A stretch of DNA of 39,840 nt, taken from NCBI GenBank assembly GCA_002898395.1, contig BEHE01000017.1, forward strand, positions 1-39,840, written 5' to 3'. This document shows, piece by piece, positions 25,702 to 35,365 of this stretch. Each line of letters starts with the position of its first letter. The stretch's first letter is position 1. The stretch is from Candidatus Calditenuaceae archaeon HR02. Its GTDB lineage: Archaea > Thermoproteota > Nitrososphaeria_A > Caldarchaeales > Calditenuaceae. The notes beneath the pieces are model-generated. The model saw only the letters and a list, made by a program, of their open reading frames with translations. It did no database searches and was not told the DNA's origin. A program made the position numbers and the translations under genes.

Positions 25702-26886
25702 TCAAGTCTCTTTCAAATAGATTAGATTCTTAAGGCTTTTGAAAAGGTCTGAAAAGATGCTTGTACCGCCTACCGCGGCCCATTGGTCCAAGTACCCTAG
25801 GAGCCCTAAAGGTCCTGTGCGGCGTAAAATCGATATTCTATTAAATGCTAGGTGATAAGAGACTTCGACTGGTGTTTTTCCGCTCTTATTAGAATTCTCT
25901 AAGACTTTAAGCATATTATGCCGCGTCATCTTCGCCACCGTCAATAGAATTTTAGAAAATTCTTTTTCAAGGATGACTAGCGCGCTTGCTATGGCTCCAC
26001 CTGCGTTGGATATGATGTCCGGTATCACCTTGACACCATTCTGCTCGAGCTCTATGGCCTTGGATATCGAGACCGGATAGTTTGCTATTGGCGCTATGAT
26101 TCGGCTAGACGGTCTTTTTAAGACGGTCAATGGTCTTGTCCCTGGAACGAAGATGTCCGCCTCTATATGTGATACATTGTGTGGGGGCAGAAGTTTTGAA
26201 TCATTAGATTGTTCAGCATATTTTTTCAAGCAGTGCTCACCGTGGATATTTTTCAGTAAAAGAAGCCGCTCAATATCTAAGCCTCCTACACTATACAGTG
26301 TGTAGAATTTGTTAGAGACAGCTCTAATTGTGTATCCGCGCTTATTTAGGACGTATGCAGCCGCAGAACCCATGTTACCAAATCCCTCGATGACAACTGT
26401 CTCAGCGTCTTTCATACCCGTATAATCAGTGAGCGCCTCTACCGAGGCGTGCAGGCTTTCAGCCACAGCTAAGCCAGTAGGAGAAAACGGGCCTCCTCCA
26501 GTGTGGAGGGAAATTCCCGCGTTTTTCCCAACTAAATAATGTAAATACTTCAGATCATCTTCAGTAAATCCCATGTCTGTCCCTGGGATATAGTGGCCGT
26601 ACCCCAGGAACTCCCATAGCACCTCTACAATCTTATTGGTCACGTATTTTTTATCAATTTTGTCCGGCTCGGCAGCTAATCCTAATTTGGCGCCGCCTAT
26701 AGGTATTCCAGCCAGGGCCGACTTTAGGGTCATACACCGGGCCAGCAGCTCTACTTCTGCCCGAGTAACATCGCCCTGTATCCTGATTCCACCCCAACAC
26801 AGTCCCATAATAAAACAGTCTGCTACAAACCATCCACGAATGTCTCCGAGACTTAGTTCTAGTACCATGCCACTAGAGACCAGCAA
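25702..26886 (-). CDS. Glu/Leu/Phe/Val dehydrogenase family protein, divergent
   Basis: GGIRI, MTLKSAL, GGAK, GTDMG, EGFGNMG, ANYP, IPDIISNAGG. Start may be ATG at 26868. Confidence 0.85.
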   Translation of the reverse strand: MLVSSGMVLELSLGDIRGWFVADCFIMGLCWGGIRIQGDVTRAEVELLARCMTLKSALAGIPIGGAKLGLAAEPDKIDKKYVTNKIVEVLWEFLGYGHYIPGTDMGFTEDDLKYLHYLVGKNAGISLHTGGGPFSPTGLAVAESLHASVEALTDYTGMKDAETVVIEGFGNMGSAAAYVLNKRGYTIRAVSNKFYTLYSVGGLDIERLLLLKNIHGEHCLKKYAEQSNDSKLLPPHNVSHIEADIFVPGTRPLTVLKRPSSRIIAPIANYPVSISKAIELEQNGVKVIPDIISNAGGAIASALVILEKEFSKILLTVAKMTRHNMLKVLENSNKSGKTPVEVSYHLAFNRISILRRTGPLGLLGYLDQWAAVGGTSIFSDLFKSLKNLIYLKET

Positions 26887-27669
26887 GTTCCTCTAATTCA
26901 CGTATAAAGAGGAGATATACATACGTGAGTTTGCGAAAGTTCACGCCTAGTCAGGTGACCCCCAGCTGGACATTAACATACAAACGGCTAGTTATCACAT
27001 AAAGAGAATCATTAGAAGTAGTCTGGTACAGTAACATGAGTAGAGAAAGGCGCTAATGGTGCCTAAGGCTCTGGTTAAGCATTTTTGTATGCAGTTTATA
27101 ACCGTATACCCTAGCGGGTCTTCAATTACAAGTACCCCAATTACCACCACCAATATCTCCTGTTATCTTTATCTTAAACCCGATATCTCGTCCATATATA
27201 ACTCATAAAGACTGTCTTTCCTGTCAGAGTAACAGGAGAGACATGGTCCTAGGAGCATATTTCTCGAAGAAACTCCCTGAAATGCCCTACGCTACATAGA
27301 GGGGCCTAAAAAGCCAGGGGTCAGAATACAACCAGAGATTCTCAGCAAATGAAATGGGTGTTCTACTTTGGCTTCTGGAGCGAAAAAGCGCTACTAATTT
27401 TTGTGCATATCTGTCAGTCTTAGGATTTCGATAAGACAATAAGCACTTATGACAGTAAATCGCGAATAAGGACTTCAGCAAGCTACACAGCCCAGCTACT
27501 ACTTGATAACCACATAGCCTCCTCGTCTTGTGGACTTACCAAATACTATAATGAATTTATCACTAAGACCTCGCTGCGCCATTACGCATTTTCAGAAGGA
27601 CATAATAGGCAATAACATCGAGGGTTTTACTACCAGAAAAAATTGTTTCTATCTTGAAGACGGAGAATG

Positions 27670-27694
27670 CTTAAATAGTATACTGACCGTATAC
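27670..27694 (+). promoter_or_regulatory. TATA box plus palindromic operator of VapBC-1
   Basis: CTTAAATA followed by GTATAC-N5-GTATAC, 4 bp before the GTG start. Fits a leaderless, autoregulated TA promoter. Confidence 0.55.
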
Positions 27695-27698
27695 GCTT

Positions 27699-27929
27699 GT
27701 GAGCGAAGTATTCTCCGTGAGGATTCCTAAACGTGTTAAGGAAAAGATGAAGATGCTGAGCGGCGTCATCGATTGGAATGAAGAGGTTCGAAGTTTCCTT
27801 GAATCGAGAGTTGACGAGCTGCTCAAAATGAAGGTATTACAAGAAGCAAGGCAAGTTATCGAAAAGTTACCTGAAATGCCGAGAGGCTCAGTTACATCGT
27901 ACGTGAGGGAGGACCGTGATAGTAATTGA
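27699..27929 (+). CDS. vapB: VapB-type (RHH) antitoxin
   Basis: SEVFSVRIPKRVKEKM...IDWNEEVR...VREDRD, overlapping a PIN toxin gene. Confidence 0.85.
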   Translation: MSEVFSVRIPKRVKEKMKMLSGVIDWNEEVRSFLESRVDELLKMKVLQEARQVIEKLPEMPRGSVTSYVREDRDSN

Positions 27930-28323
27930 TGCCTCATCACTGGTGAAGTATCTGCTAAGGGAAGAGGGCTGGCAGATGGTGGAAATGAATCTACAAAGAG
28001 GGGTTGTAACGCTTGACCATGCGGAGAAAGAGCTTTTGAATGCAATATGGAAACACTACTCTATCAGGAAAATAATCGATAAGGATTTATCTATGGGATT
28101 GTATAAGGTTTTTAGAAAACTAGTGGATGCCAAAATATTGATTATCGAGAGAGAAGAGAAATACATTGAGAAGGCCTTCGAGATAGCGCTTAAACACGAT
28201 TTAACAATATATGATTCACTATATCTCTCACAGGCCTTAAAATGGGGTAAACTCTTAACAAGTGACAACACTCAGAAGCATGTAGCCGAGGAAATGAATA
28301 TTGAAACGATCTTCATACCGTGA
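27916..28323 (+). CDS. vapC: VapC PIN-domain toxin
   Basis: IVIDASSLVKY...E, KELLNAIWK, TIYDSLY, LLTSD. Confidence 0.9.
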   Translation: MIVIDASSLVKYLLREEGWQMVEMNLQRGVVTLDHAEKELLNAIWKHYSIRKIIDKDLSMGLYKVFRKLVDAKILIIEREEKYIEKAFEIALKHDLTIYDSLYLSQALKWGKLLTSDNTQKHVAEEMNIETIFIP

Positions 28324-28586
28324 ACCCTTAATCTAAAATCTACACCTCATAAGGGGTGTTGTCAAAATTTTTGAACAGTGAGGAGGAGAGTAGAGACAGC
28401 TACGGCTCATTAGTGAGACTGCTAGGAGAGTGAGGGCGGTGCTAGTTTCCAAGGCGTTTGTAGACGACCTGCTGTTGAACACGATGATGACCTAGGAATA
28501 GGAGTTGCCTAACTAGCTTGGAGGCTATAATATCATCAAGAATTAATCCACCGCGGCATATGAAGATTTTGTTTGAACGCTAATCC

Positions 28587-28832
28587 TTATTCTTTACCTA
28601 TCTTCACCCAGTGTTTCGAGACCTCTCTGATCAATACGCTACCCCTCTCGAACTCCTTCGGTGTGAGAGATATTATGTCTAAGCTTATCTCTGGAGGTAG
28701 CTTCTCCCTAACTAACGCTACCCGATCTACATAATTCATTCCTTCAAAAGCCTTAGAGGCTACGACCACGTCGACGTCGCTATCAATTAAATGGACCCTC
28801 TTCGCATAGCTCCCAAAGAGGAAGACATTCAT
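28587..28832 (-). pseudogene. Minimal nucleotidyltransferase (MNT), N-terminally truncated, no HEPN partner
   Basis: LFGSYAKR...SDVDVVV...LTPKEF begins at the catalytic strand. Upstream sequence is unrelated. Confidence 0.7.
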
Positions 28833-29053
28833 AGCACAGTATACTACTAGACCCGGCGTAAACCCAGGAAACTGGGAGACCAGCAGGAGAAGAGACTATG
28901 AAACAATAGGAATTAGGCAACGAGGCAGGGTGTAAATGCTCCTGATGGTCAAGCTGTGGTATGACGGGAGATTCATGAGGGGCATGGCTTTAGAGAGGAG
29001 GGTAGAAGCTACTGAGCTTCAGCAATGTTTATTTGATGTTATGTGGCTTGTGC

Positions 29054-29460
29054 ATGGGCACAAGGCAGATTGAGGGTTACGGTTAGGGTTTTTGGGAATG
29101 TCCAGGCTGTTGGATATAGGATTTTGAGGGTTGATGTATCTAGGGAGGGTGAGAGTGTATAGCAGGGGTCTTGGAGAAGCTATGGGGCCTTCGAGATAGA
29201 TTATGGCGAGGAGAGGCCCTAGGCCTATTAAGAGGGATATGGCCGAGAGCCTAGAGTAGGCCAAGCTATGCTTCATAAAACTCGTATCAGAATTCAGCGA
29301 CTTCAGGAGAGAATTCAGAGACGACTCCCTTAGGCTGGGTTATGAGACATTAAAGGAGGTTAAGGAGCTTAGGAAAGATTTGAAAACTATACTGGATGAG
29401 AGGCTCGCTAGGCTGGAGAAGGATATAGCGGAGATCAAAGCAAAACTAGGTCTCATATAA
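29054..29460 (+). pseudogene. Acylphosphatase-domain plus coiled-coil protein remnant
   Basis: LRVTVRVFGNVQAVGYR, an internal deletion and stops, then FEIDYGEE...ELRKDLKTILDERLARLEKDIAEIKAKLGLI*. Confidence 0.65.
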
Positions 29461-29799
29461 ATTCCTAATCATAAGGATTACCGGTTTACTCTACTGCCCT
29501 CTTCTTCTTTTGTTTAATTAAAAGAATAGAACGGAAGATTAATGATGCCAATGCCAAAACGCTTTTTGGTATCCATATCAAAGAGTACCTATTTATGTGT
29601 CCTGCATAAACGGTAAGATAGGCTTTATTCCCGCTCATGGAATGCGGTATCATAATAACCTGACGCAAAAGTAGCTAAAATCGATTAGCAGACACGGGAA
29701 CACCAGCAGGAAATGAAACTATGAAATCAAGGTAATTAACGCTCTCTAGAGATCGTATTTGGTTATGGCCTGGTCGGCGAGTTGGTTAAGCTCTTTAAG

Positions 29800-30040
29800 A
29801 AAGCGAGGCTATATGGGAAGGGATAGTGTCTACTCTCAACGCCCTAGCTATCTTAAAAGAGATTAAACTAGCGTCACATGGAGAGTAAAAAATATTCGCT
29901 GAGCGGCTCGCGATGGAGTTAAGGGGTGAGGAGTTATGTGGGGCATTAGCGACGTGGAGAGCTTCCATGCAAATTTCTATCAGTCTCTTCTCGACATAGA
30001 AAGTGTTCATATAAAGGAGTTTATGCAGAGGATGCCGCGT
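29800..30040 (+). pseudogene. PaREP1-like gene remnant
   Basis: KLASHGE*KIFAERLAMEL...DVESFHANFYQ resembles the PaREP1 SH...LHxNFY pattern. Confidence 0.5.
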
Positions 30041-30049
30041 TGATAGATC

Positions 30050-30351
30050 CTTACGTGTTTGTTCGCTTTGATACTCGTAAAGATATTGTAGACTCGATGT
30101 AGGTCTTTCCCTAATCTGCTGTAAATTGGATGTATATAGCTTGAAGACTCAACCGCAACCAGGGAGACCCATCTGCTATAGAGGAACGAGTAGACCTTGT
30201 CCTGGCTATCCTCCTCGACTCTAAGATATTTCCGAACCAGTCAACTATCGTGGCATAGCGACCGTCCTTGTGGACGTCTAGGCCGTCGATGAGGCCGCGC
30301 ATAAAATGCCCTGAGCGGAGCCCAGAAATAAGCCACCCCACACCGCATTAG
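30050..30351 (-). mobile_element. IS110-family remnant, copy 1 (left end plus transposase N-terminus)
   Basis: ATG at 30302: MRGLIDGLDVHKDGRYATIVDWFGNILESRRI, then a frameshift to VAVESSSYIHPIYSRL (DEDD RuvC-like start). Confidence 0.75.
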
Positions 30352-30400
30352 ACCCGATTATATAACTCAGTAGCCTTTTTTACATGGTCGCCACTTATCT

Positions 30401-30796
30401 GTGGATAGGTTGTCGGCGGAGGATGCCGAGTTGCTGAAGTCTAGGGCTGAAGCTTTTCTGCGTAACGCTAGTTACTTGATTAACGGATGTGAATGGGACT
30501 TGGCAATGTCTAACCTAGAACAATACTGTCAGCTAATGCTAAAGTATAAGCTATTAGTTAAGCGTGGAATCTATCTTAAGACACATTCTCTGAGAATACT
30601 TATTCGTATTCTCGGTGAGGACAGCCCTGAGCTGCTTAGCTTGGTCGAAGATAATGCGAAGCTTCACTATGTTGCAAGGCTTGAAGAGGCCTATATTGTC
30701 TCAAGGTATCTGCCTTATCGGTTCGAGGAGAAAGAGGTGAAGGACATTCATCGTTTTGTCGTAGAGGTGTTTAAGCCCCTTGTCGAGAAGCTATGA
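30401..30796 (+). CDS. HEPN-domain protein (HEPN-MNT module)
   Basis: EQYCQLMLK, KTHSLR, LEEAYIVSRY. Confidence 0.88.
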   Translation: MDRLSAEDAELLKSRAEAFLRNASYLINGCEWDLAMSNLEQYCQLMLKYKLLVKRGIYLKTHSLRILIRILGEDSPELLSLVEDNAKLHYVARLEEAYIVSRYLPYRFEEKEVKDIHRFVVEVFKPLVEKL

Positions 30797-31103
30797 GAGG
30801 AGACTACTAGAGTATCTGAGGCATTATAGAGAGATGGGCTCTGAGGTTAAACGAATTCTTAAGAAATTTGACCCTAACGTTAAGGTATATGTCTTCGGCT
30901 CGGTTGTCCGCGGCAGGTTCACAGCTGCAAGTGACATAGATATTCTCGTGGTGACAAATGAATTGTCGAAAAAGTATGAAATGATGGTTGAGGTCTATAA
31001 GGAGGTTGAAGCGCCCGTAGAGATTCATATAACTACTCCCGAAAAGTATCAAAGTTGGTACAGGAAGTTCATTCCGTCAGGTGAGATTGTGGAAATTGAC
31101 TGA
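30780..31103 (+). CDS. Minimal nucleotidyltransferase (MNT)
   Basis: VYVFGSVVRG...SDIDILVV, overlapping the HEPN gene. Confidence 0.9.
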   Translation: MSRSYERRLLEYLRHYREMGSEVKRILKKFDPNVKVYVFGSVVRGRFTAASDIDILVVTNELSKKYEMMVEVYKEVEAPVEIHITTPEKYQSWYRKFIPSGEIVEID

Positions 31104-31149
31104 GAGTGATGTAAAAATCCTCAACACGCTGCTTTGTAGACTATCTCCA

Positions 31150-31760
31150 CTCTCTCTTTCGGCTCTCGAATCTTGGCACTTGCTTAATCCAGATGCTTCT
31201 AGGGCTTGCTGGTAGGTCTCTTATAAACAGTAAGGCCTACGGCCTATCGTTGCCTCTCGTTCTCAGCGTCGTTTTACTGGAGGAAGGTTGATGAGAAGCT
31301 GAGCAGGAGGGGCGCCCTCATCATAGATGTCTTGAGGTGTATCTTCTCAGTAAGGTTTAGGCGGCTAAAAGTGTTCACGATAGCGTTGAAAAAGATGCTC
31401 CCAATACTGCCTTAGATAGACTACTAATGGATTAGGAGGATGCTGACCCTAGGCCTGGTTTGGATCTTAAGCCCCAGAAAGCGCCTAAATATTCTAGGAA
31501 TCCGGTCGTTAGCGTCCTTGACTCTACCAGTGTAAAGGCCTTTAGGACTTTTTCGTGGCTAGAGAGGAGATTGGTAGAAGGAGGAGGTACATCAAGATTC
31601 GCATAGCGGTCTATGAAATGACAGGCGAGATATTGGACGTAGAGATGTCCAGGTACGACGTGTATGACTCAGAGATGGAAAAAGGATGATAGAAGCGTCT
31701 ATGAGGCCCACAATGGTCTCTAGAGCAACTGCTGATGGAGCGTACGCCCAATCTCTAGAC
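31150..31760 (+). mobile_element. IS5-family (IS903-like) transposase pseudogene
   Basis: VLDSTSVK...W..., YIKIRIAV...TGEILDVEMS...VYDSE, ATADGAY, with several frameshifts. Boundaries approximate. Confidence 0.7.
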
Positions 31761-31929
31761 GGCTATACCGATATTCAAGTCAATATTCGGAGATAGAGAT
31801 ACTATCTAAGAAGCAGAGATAGGTGAGTATTGAGGCATCCCCAGAAGGCATTCATATACAACCTACTGCTTAACGCAGCATGAACCTAAGACAAAGAAGC
31901 CGCCAGCGTGAGAAAAGGGCATCGAGGTA

Positions 31930-32371
31930 GAGGAATTAAGCCACAAGGCACTAAGGATTTTTGTGGCATCGATATCTGGCCGTTTTAGGCGTAATAAAAA
32001 AGTCGTAAAGTTTAGGTATTGGTCGTCTGCGAGTGCCATGTTCCATGCTAGATGTAGGAAGGTCTTAAAGGTCTTGGCATAGCATTTGAACCGATAAGTG
32101 AGTCAACCGTACACGATTTGGCGGAGAAGAAGTCTTCTATGATTACAGTAGCCTGAGCGCCGAAACACAGGAGGTCATAGCGGTCGATGAGACGAAGCTC
32201 AGAGTTAAGGGTGTGACAGTCTGTATCTGGTCAGCCGTTGATGTAGATTCCGGCGAACTCCTTGCTCTAGTGGCGTCCTACGGAAGGAGGAACCCGCACA
32301 TCATCCTAACCTATTCGCGTTGTACTATAATATGATGAGGAGCGGGGGTGTGAGGATGCTTATCCGGACAC
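31930..32371 (+). mobile_element. IS6-family remnant A, internally deleted, with right terminal repeat
   Basis: IAVDETKLRVKGVTVCIWSAVDVDSGELLALVASYGR. Ends in CTTATCCGGACAC (32359-32371). Confidence 0.75.
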
Positions 32372-32879
32372 CATCACTTATTAGTTTCATTCACCCACCT
32401 AATGTAAATAATCACTGAAGTCAGCCACCACGTAGAAATAGCACAAAACTAGCATGTCTGGTACCGACAAGCGTAGCAAAAGGATAGAGAAATTATTCTT
32501 ACTTAAATTTCTAATAATGAATACTTCCACATGACTCAATTCCTTCAATGAGTTTTCCTTTTGCTCCTTTTCTTAAAAATGAAGCTAAAGGTTAACGCCC
32601 CAAATGACGTCGTTTCTGAATTGAAGGTATACATTCCAGTGGAGAAAAATCAGGGGCTCTGGACATGAGAAGCCGACGATAATTGCGAAACTTACATTAC
32701 CTTGACGATGCATGGATTCACGAAGGCTAAGACAGACAACAAAATTATTCTAATACTTAAAAATGGAGAGAAAATTGAGATAGTTCAAAATAACTTCTAA
32801 AACAACAGAAGTTATCTTTCGCCTTGAGAAAAACATAGCGGTCAATGTTTCGCTAGCCACCGTTAAACCGGGTGAAGAA

Positions 32880-33404
32880 GTGACTATAATGGCGAAAGTT
32901 TCGCCTCCCTGGGTTTATAAAGAGAAGATAACCATCACGAATGTCAAATCACAAGCCATAAAGACGTTTGAAAAAGAGACTGACAGCGATGGTGTTCTTG
33001 TTTTCAGACTTGAGATTACTGAGAATGATCTTGAAGATAAGCTTGGGAGAAACATCGTGAAGGTGGAGATACCGGATCTAGGTGTTTACGGGATTGCTAG
33101 TTTCCATGTGGAGGAAGGTGTTGAATACTGGAGTGGGACTTGGAGTGGGGTGTTCTGTTGTGTGCTTGAAAATAAAGCGGAAGACTGCTGGGAAGAGAGT
33201 GGTAAATGGGAGGCGATGGTCTCGGGTACCGAGGCAACAATAAAGATATCCGGTGAAGAAGGAGAGCTGCTGGGAACGGGCAGAGGCATTTGGGGTAGAG
33301 ATATTGGAGATAGCATCTCGTTTTGCGTTTCTATAGACTTGATGGAAAATCCAGTCCGAATAACCGGAACGAGGGTTTCTACAAATTCAGTTGAGGGAAC
33401 ATAG
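32880..33404 (+). CDS. Hypothetical beta-rich protein, probably the 3' fragment of a disrupted gene beginning near 32580
   Basis: 174 aa ORF preceded by coding-like sequence interrupted by stops. Confidence 0.4.
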   Translation: MTIMAKVSPPWVYKEKITITNVKSQAIKTFEKETDSDGVLVFRLEITENDLEDKLGRNIVKVEIPDLGVYGIASFHVEEGVEYWSGTWSGVFCCVLENKAEDCWEESGKWEAMVSGTEATIKISGEEGELLGTGRGIWGRDIGDSISFCVSIDLMENPVRITGTRVSTNSVEGT

Positions 33405-33636
33405 TGCTTCAAAGACCCATATGGTAGATATGACTCAAGCACCTGGCGTGGAATACTTAAAACTCTAAACCCCTCTTAAAAACCTAAAAATTATTCTTCA
33501 TAGTAATTTCTTTCGCGGTCTTTCTATATTTTCGTTAGGCTGGGTTCTTCTCAGGGTTAGTCATCCAAATATTCTGTATCACAACCTCTAGTAAGCGTAG
33601 CCATATCCGGAGCTCCCTTCATCTAGCAGGATGTGG

Positions 33637-34092
33637 TCAAGCTAGGTATTTACTATTTAGATTTTCTTCTACAGCTACCTCATGCAGTCGTTTATCTCCA
33701 GTTAGGAACTGCGATGCATTTACGTACTTTGATGAGGTAATCTGTATAGCGTCCGCAGCGTAGATGTGATGCTTCTCTATCAACTCCCAGCTTTCTCCGA
33801 GAATTCTCATTTTTAACGGAACCATTATTATAAGCCCTAGCTTTAGCATCCTTCTAGTTTCCGTTAGGAACCTTCTCTTGCTAATATCATACTTCTCATC
33901 ATCTATCCTCCCTATACTTTTAGCTCTATCTAGTGCTCCTAGAACTTCTCCTACGTTCCATATGCTGTATGATAATGTCACATCTCCGGAATACGCCCTT
34001 ATGTAGAGCTCCCTTACAACGTTACTGCCCGGTTCTTTTATATACCTCTTGACTATGGCGCTGCTATCCAGATATACGACGCCCCCTCTCAT
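33637..34092 (-). CDS. vapC: VapC PIN-domain toxin
   Basis: VYLDSSAIVKRYIKEPGS, NVGEV, YAADAIQI, FLTGDKRL. Confidence 0.9.
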   Translation of the reverse strand: MRGGVVYLDSSAIVKRYIKEPGSNVVRELYIRAYSGDVTLSYSIWNVGEVLGALDRAKSIGRIDDEKYDISKRRFLTETRRMLKLGLIIMVPLKMRILGESWELIEKHHIYAADAIQITSSKYVNASQFLTGDKRLHEVAVEENLNSKYLA

Positions 34093-34345
34093 CCCGCACA
34101 GCTCTGACTAGCTCGCTAACAAGACCCTGCTTAGGCTCAATAGGCTCAAAATCTACCTCCTGACCCTCCAAGCCTACTACACTTACCAATATCTCATCTA
34201 TTGTTTCCTCAATCATCTCATCTCTCATCAAATCTTCGAGAAGAGCGCTTACCTCCATGTCTTTCGTTAACGCATGCTTTTTAAACTTCTCCCATAACTC
34301 TCTATCAATATAAATACTAGTCTTCACCTTAACCACCCTCCTCAC
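34064..34345 (-). CDS. vapB: VapB-type RHH antitoxin
   Basis: VKTSIYIDRELWEKFK...VSELVRAVRDER, overlapping vapC. Confidence 0.85.
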   Translation of the reverse strand: MRRVVKVKTSIYIDRELWEKFKKHALTKDMEVSALLEDLMRDEMIEETIDEILVSVVGLEGQEVDFEPIEPKQGLVSELVRAVRDERGRRISG

Positions 34346-34371
34346 CTCCAGTACAGAATATACCGAAATAA

Positions 34372-34389
34372 GTATTATAAATCTTTTCC
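34372..34389 (-). promoter_or_regulatory. BRE-TATA promoter of VapBC-2
   Basis: Minus strand GGAAAAGATTTATAATAC, about 30 bp upstream of the vapB start and directly abutting the CRISPR-like repeat. Confidence 0.6.
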
Positions 34390-34479
34390 CTTAAACTTAG
34401 TGGGGTCCGTTAAGATCATTCCCGACATGTGGAGCGGGATAGCGGACTGGACACTTAAACTTAGTGGGGTCCGTTAAGA
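34390..34479. CRISPR. Orphan CRISPR-like mini-array (2 repeats, 1 spacer)
   Basis: CTTAAACTTAGTGGGGTCCGTTAAGA is identical at 34390-34415 and 34454-34479, separated by a 38 bp unique sequence. No cas genes in the window. Confidence 0.65.
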
Positions 34480-34625
34480 GGTTGTTGAGAAGGTCCTAAG
34501 AGAGCTTGTCAAGAGGTTCGGGAGACATCCAGTATATGCTGATGGTGGTAGTCATTACTTGGCTGCCTGTAAGAGCCTAGGCCTAGAGCATAGGGTATAC
34601 AGATTCGGTAGCTGGATGAAGCTAA
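34480..34625 (+). mobile_element. IS6-family transposase internal fragment
   Basis: VVEKVLRELVKRFGRHPVYADGGSHYLAACKSLGLEH resembles the second-Asp region of archaeal IS6 transposases. Confidence 0.65.
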
Positions 34626-34699
34626 GAATACTATTCCAAGAAGAATGGATAAAAAACACTAAAAAGACTAGTAGGGGTGATCAAGATTGAGTAATACCA

Positions 34700-34948
34700 A
34701 CTTAACAGATCCGTTGCGGGTCTCTTCATCTAACTCCTGTAGATACTTTGCGGCTCGTTTGTGTAGAAATACTCTATAACTCATCCAGCGACACTAGCTC
34801 GTCGAATCTCTTCTTAGCAACAAGCTTATCAACCTCTCTAACCATTAGATACTCCTCAGTGGTTAAAAAACACATCCTCCAAAAACTCCTTCAACTCATC
34901 GACCTTAGCCGACAAAGCCCTTATAGACTCTAAAAGCTCATCAGACAT
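34700..34948 (-). pseudogene. RelBE-type toxin-antitoxin remnant
   Basis: Antitoxin MSDELLESIRALSAKVDELKEFLEDVF / LTTEEYLMVREVDK...SLDEL* with a +1 shift in a T6 run (34865-34870). It overlaps the toxin start at 34784, MSYRVFLHKRAAKYLQELDEETR, which is truncated. Confidence 0.7.
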
Positions 34949-35074
34949 ACAAAAACTAATACTGAGACATGCTTAAAAACATAGCGTTACAAAAACGCAT
35001 CATTAATAGACCAAAAAGGAACTCTAAATACCGAGCGAGGCTAACTAAAGGGAAAGGAATTAAGGCAATCAAAT

Positions 35075-35225
35075 TTGCTACTATCTCGATGCCATTATCG
35101 AGAAGGGTATCAAAGAGATTCTGGAGAAGGCTGGGAAAAGAAGGCTAACCACTCAAGACTTAATGTTCTTGCTGCTATACGATATGAAGAGTAAAGCGTC
35201 GGCAACCGAGGAGGCTGTGAGGTAG
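35075..35225 (+). pseudogene. Short helical gene remnant (possibly paREP15-like)
   Basis: DAIIEKGIKEILEKAGKRRLTTQDLMFLLLYDMK. Family resemblance from memory only. Confidence 0.3.
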
Positions 35226-35365
35226 GGCTCGATAGGATGGATAAGGTGCTTCGACGACCTATCGACACTTAACGAGATAATCAAGCAAGGCTTAGACGGG
35301 CGGATAAATTAGTTTGTTCATGGAATTTAGGCTAAAGTCAGTGAAGCTTTAGAGCTTGCATCGTC

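Noticed and set aside
26890-27660. AT-rich interval with short ORFs (27287-27481, 27530-27730)
   Set aside because: No recognisable motifs or repeats. Probably eroded DNA.
34416-34453. Spacer contains GCGGGATAGC, reminiscent of a tRNA 5' end or att site
   Set aside because: No cloverleaf, T-loop or integrase nearby.
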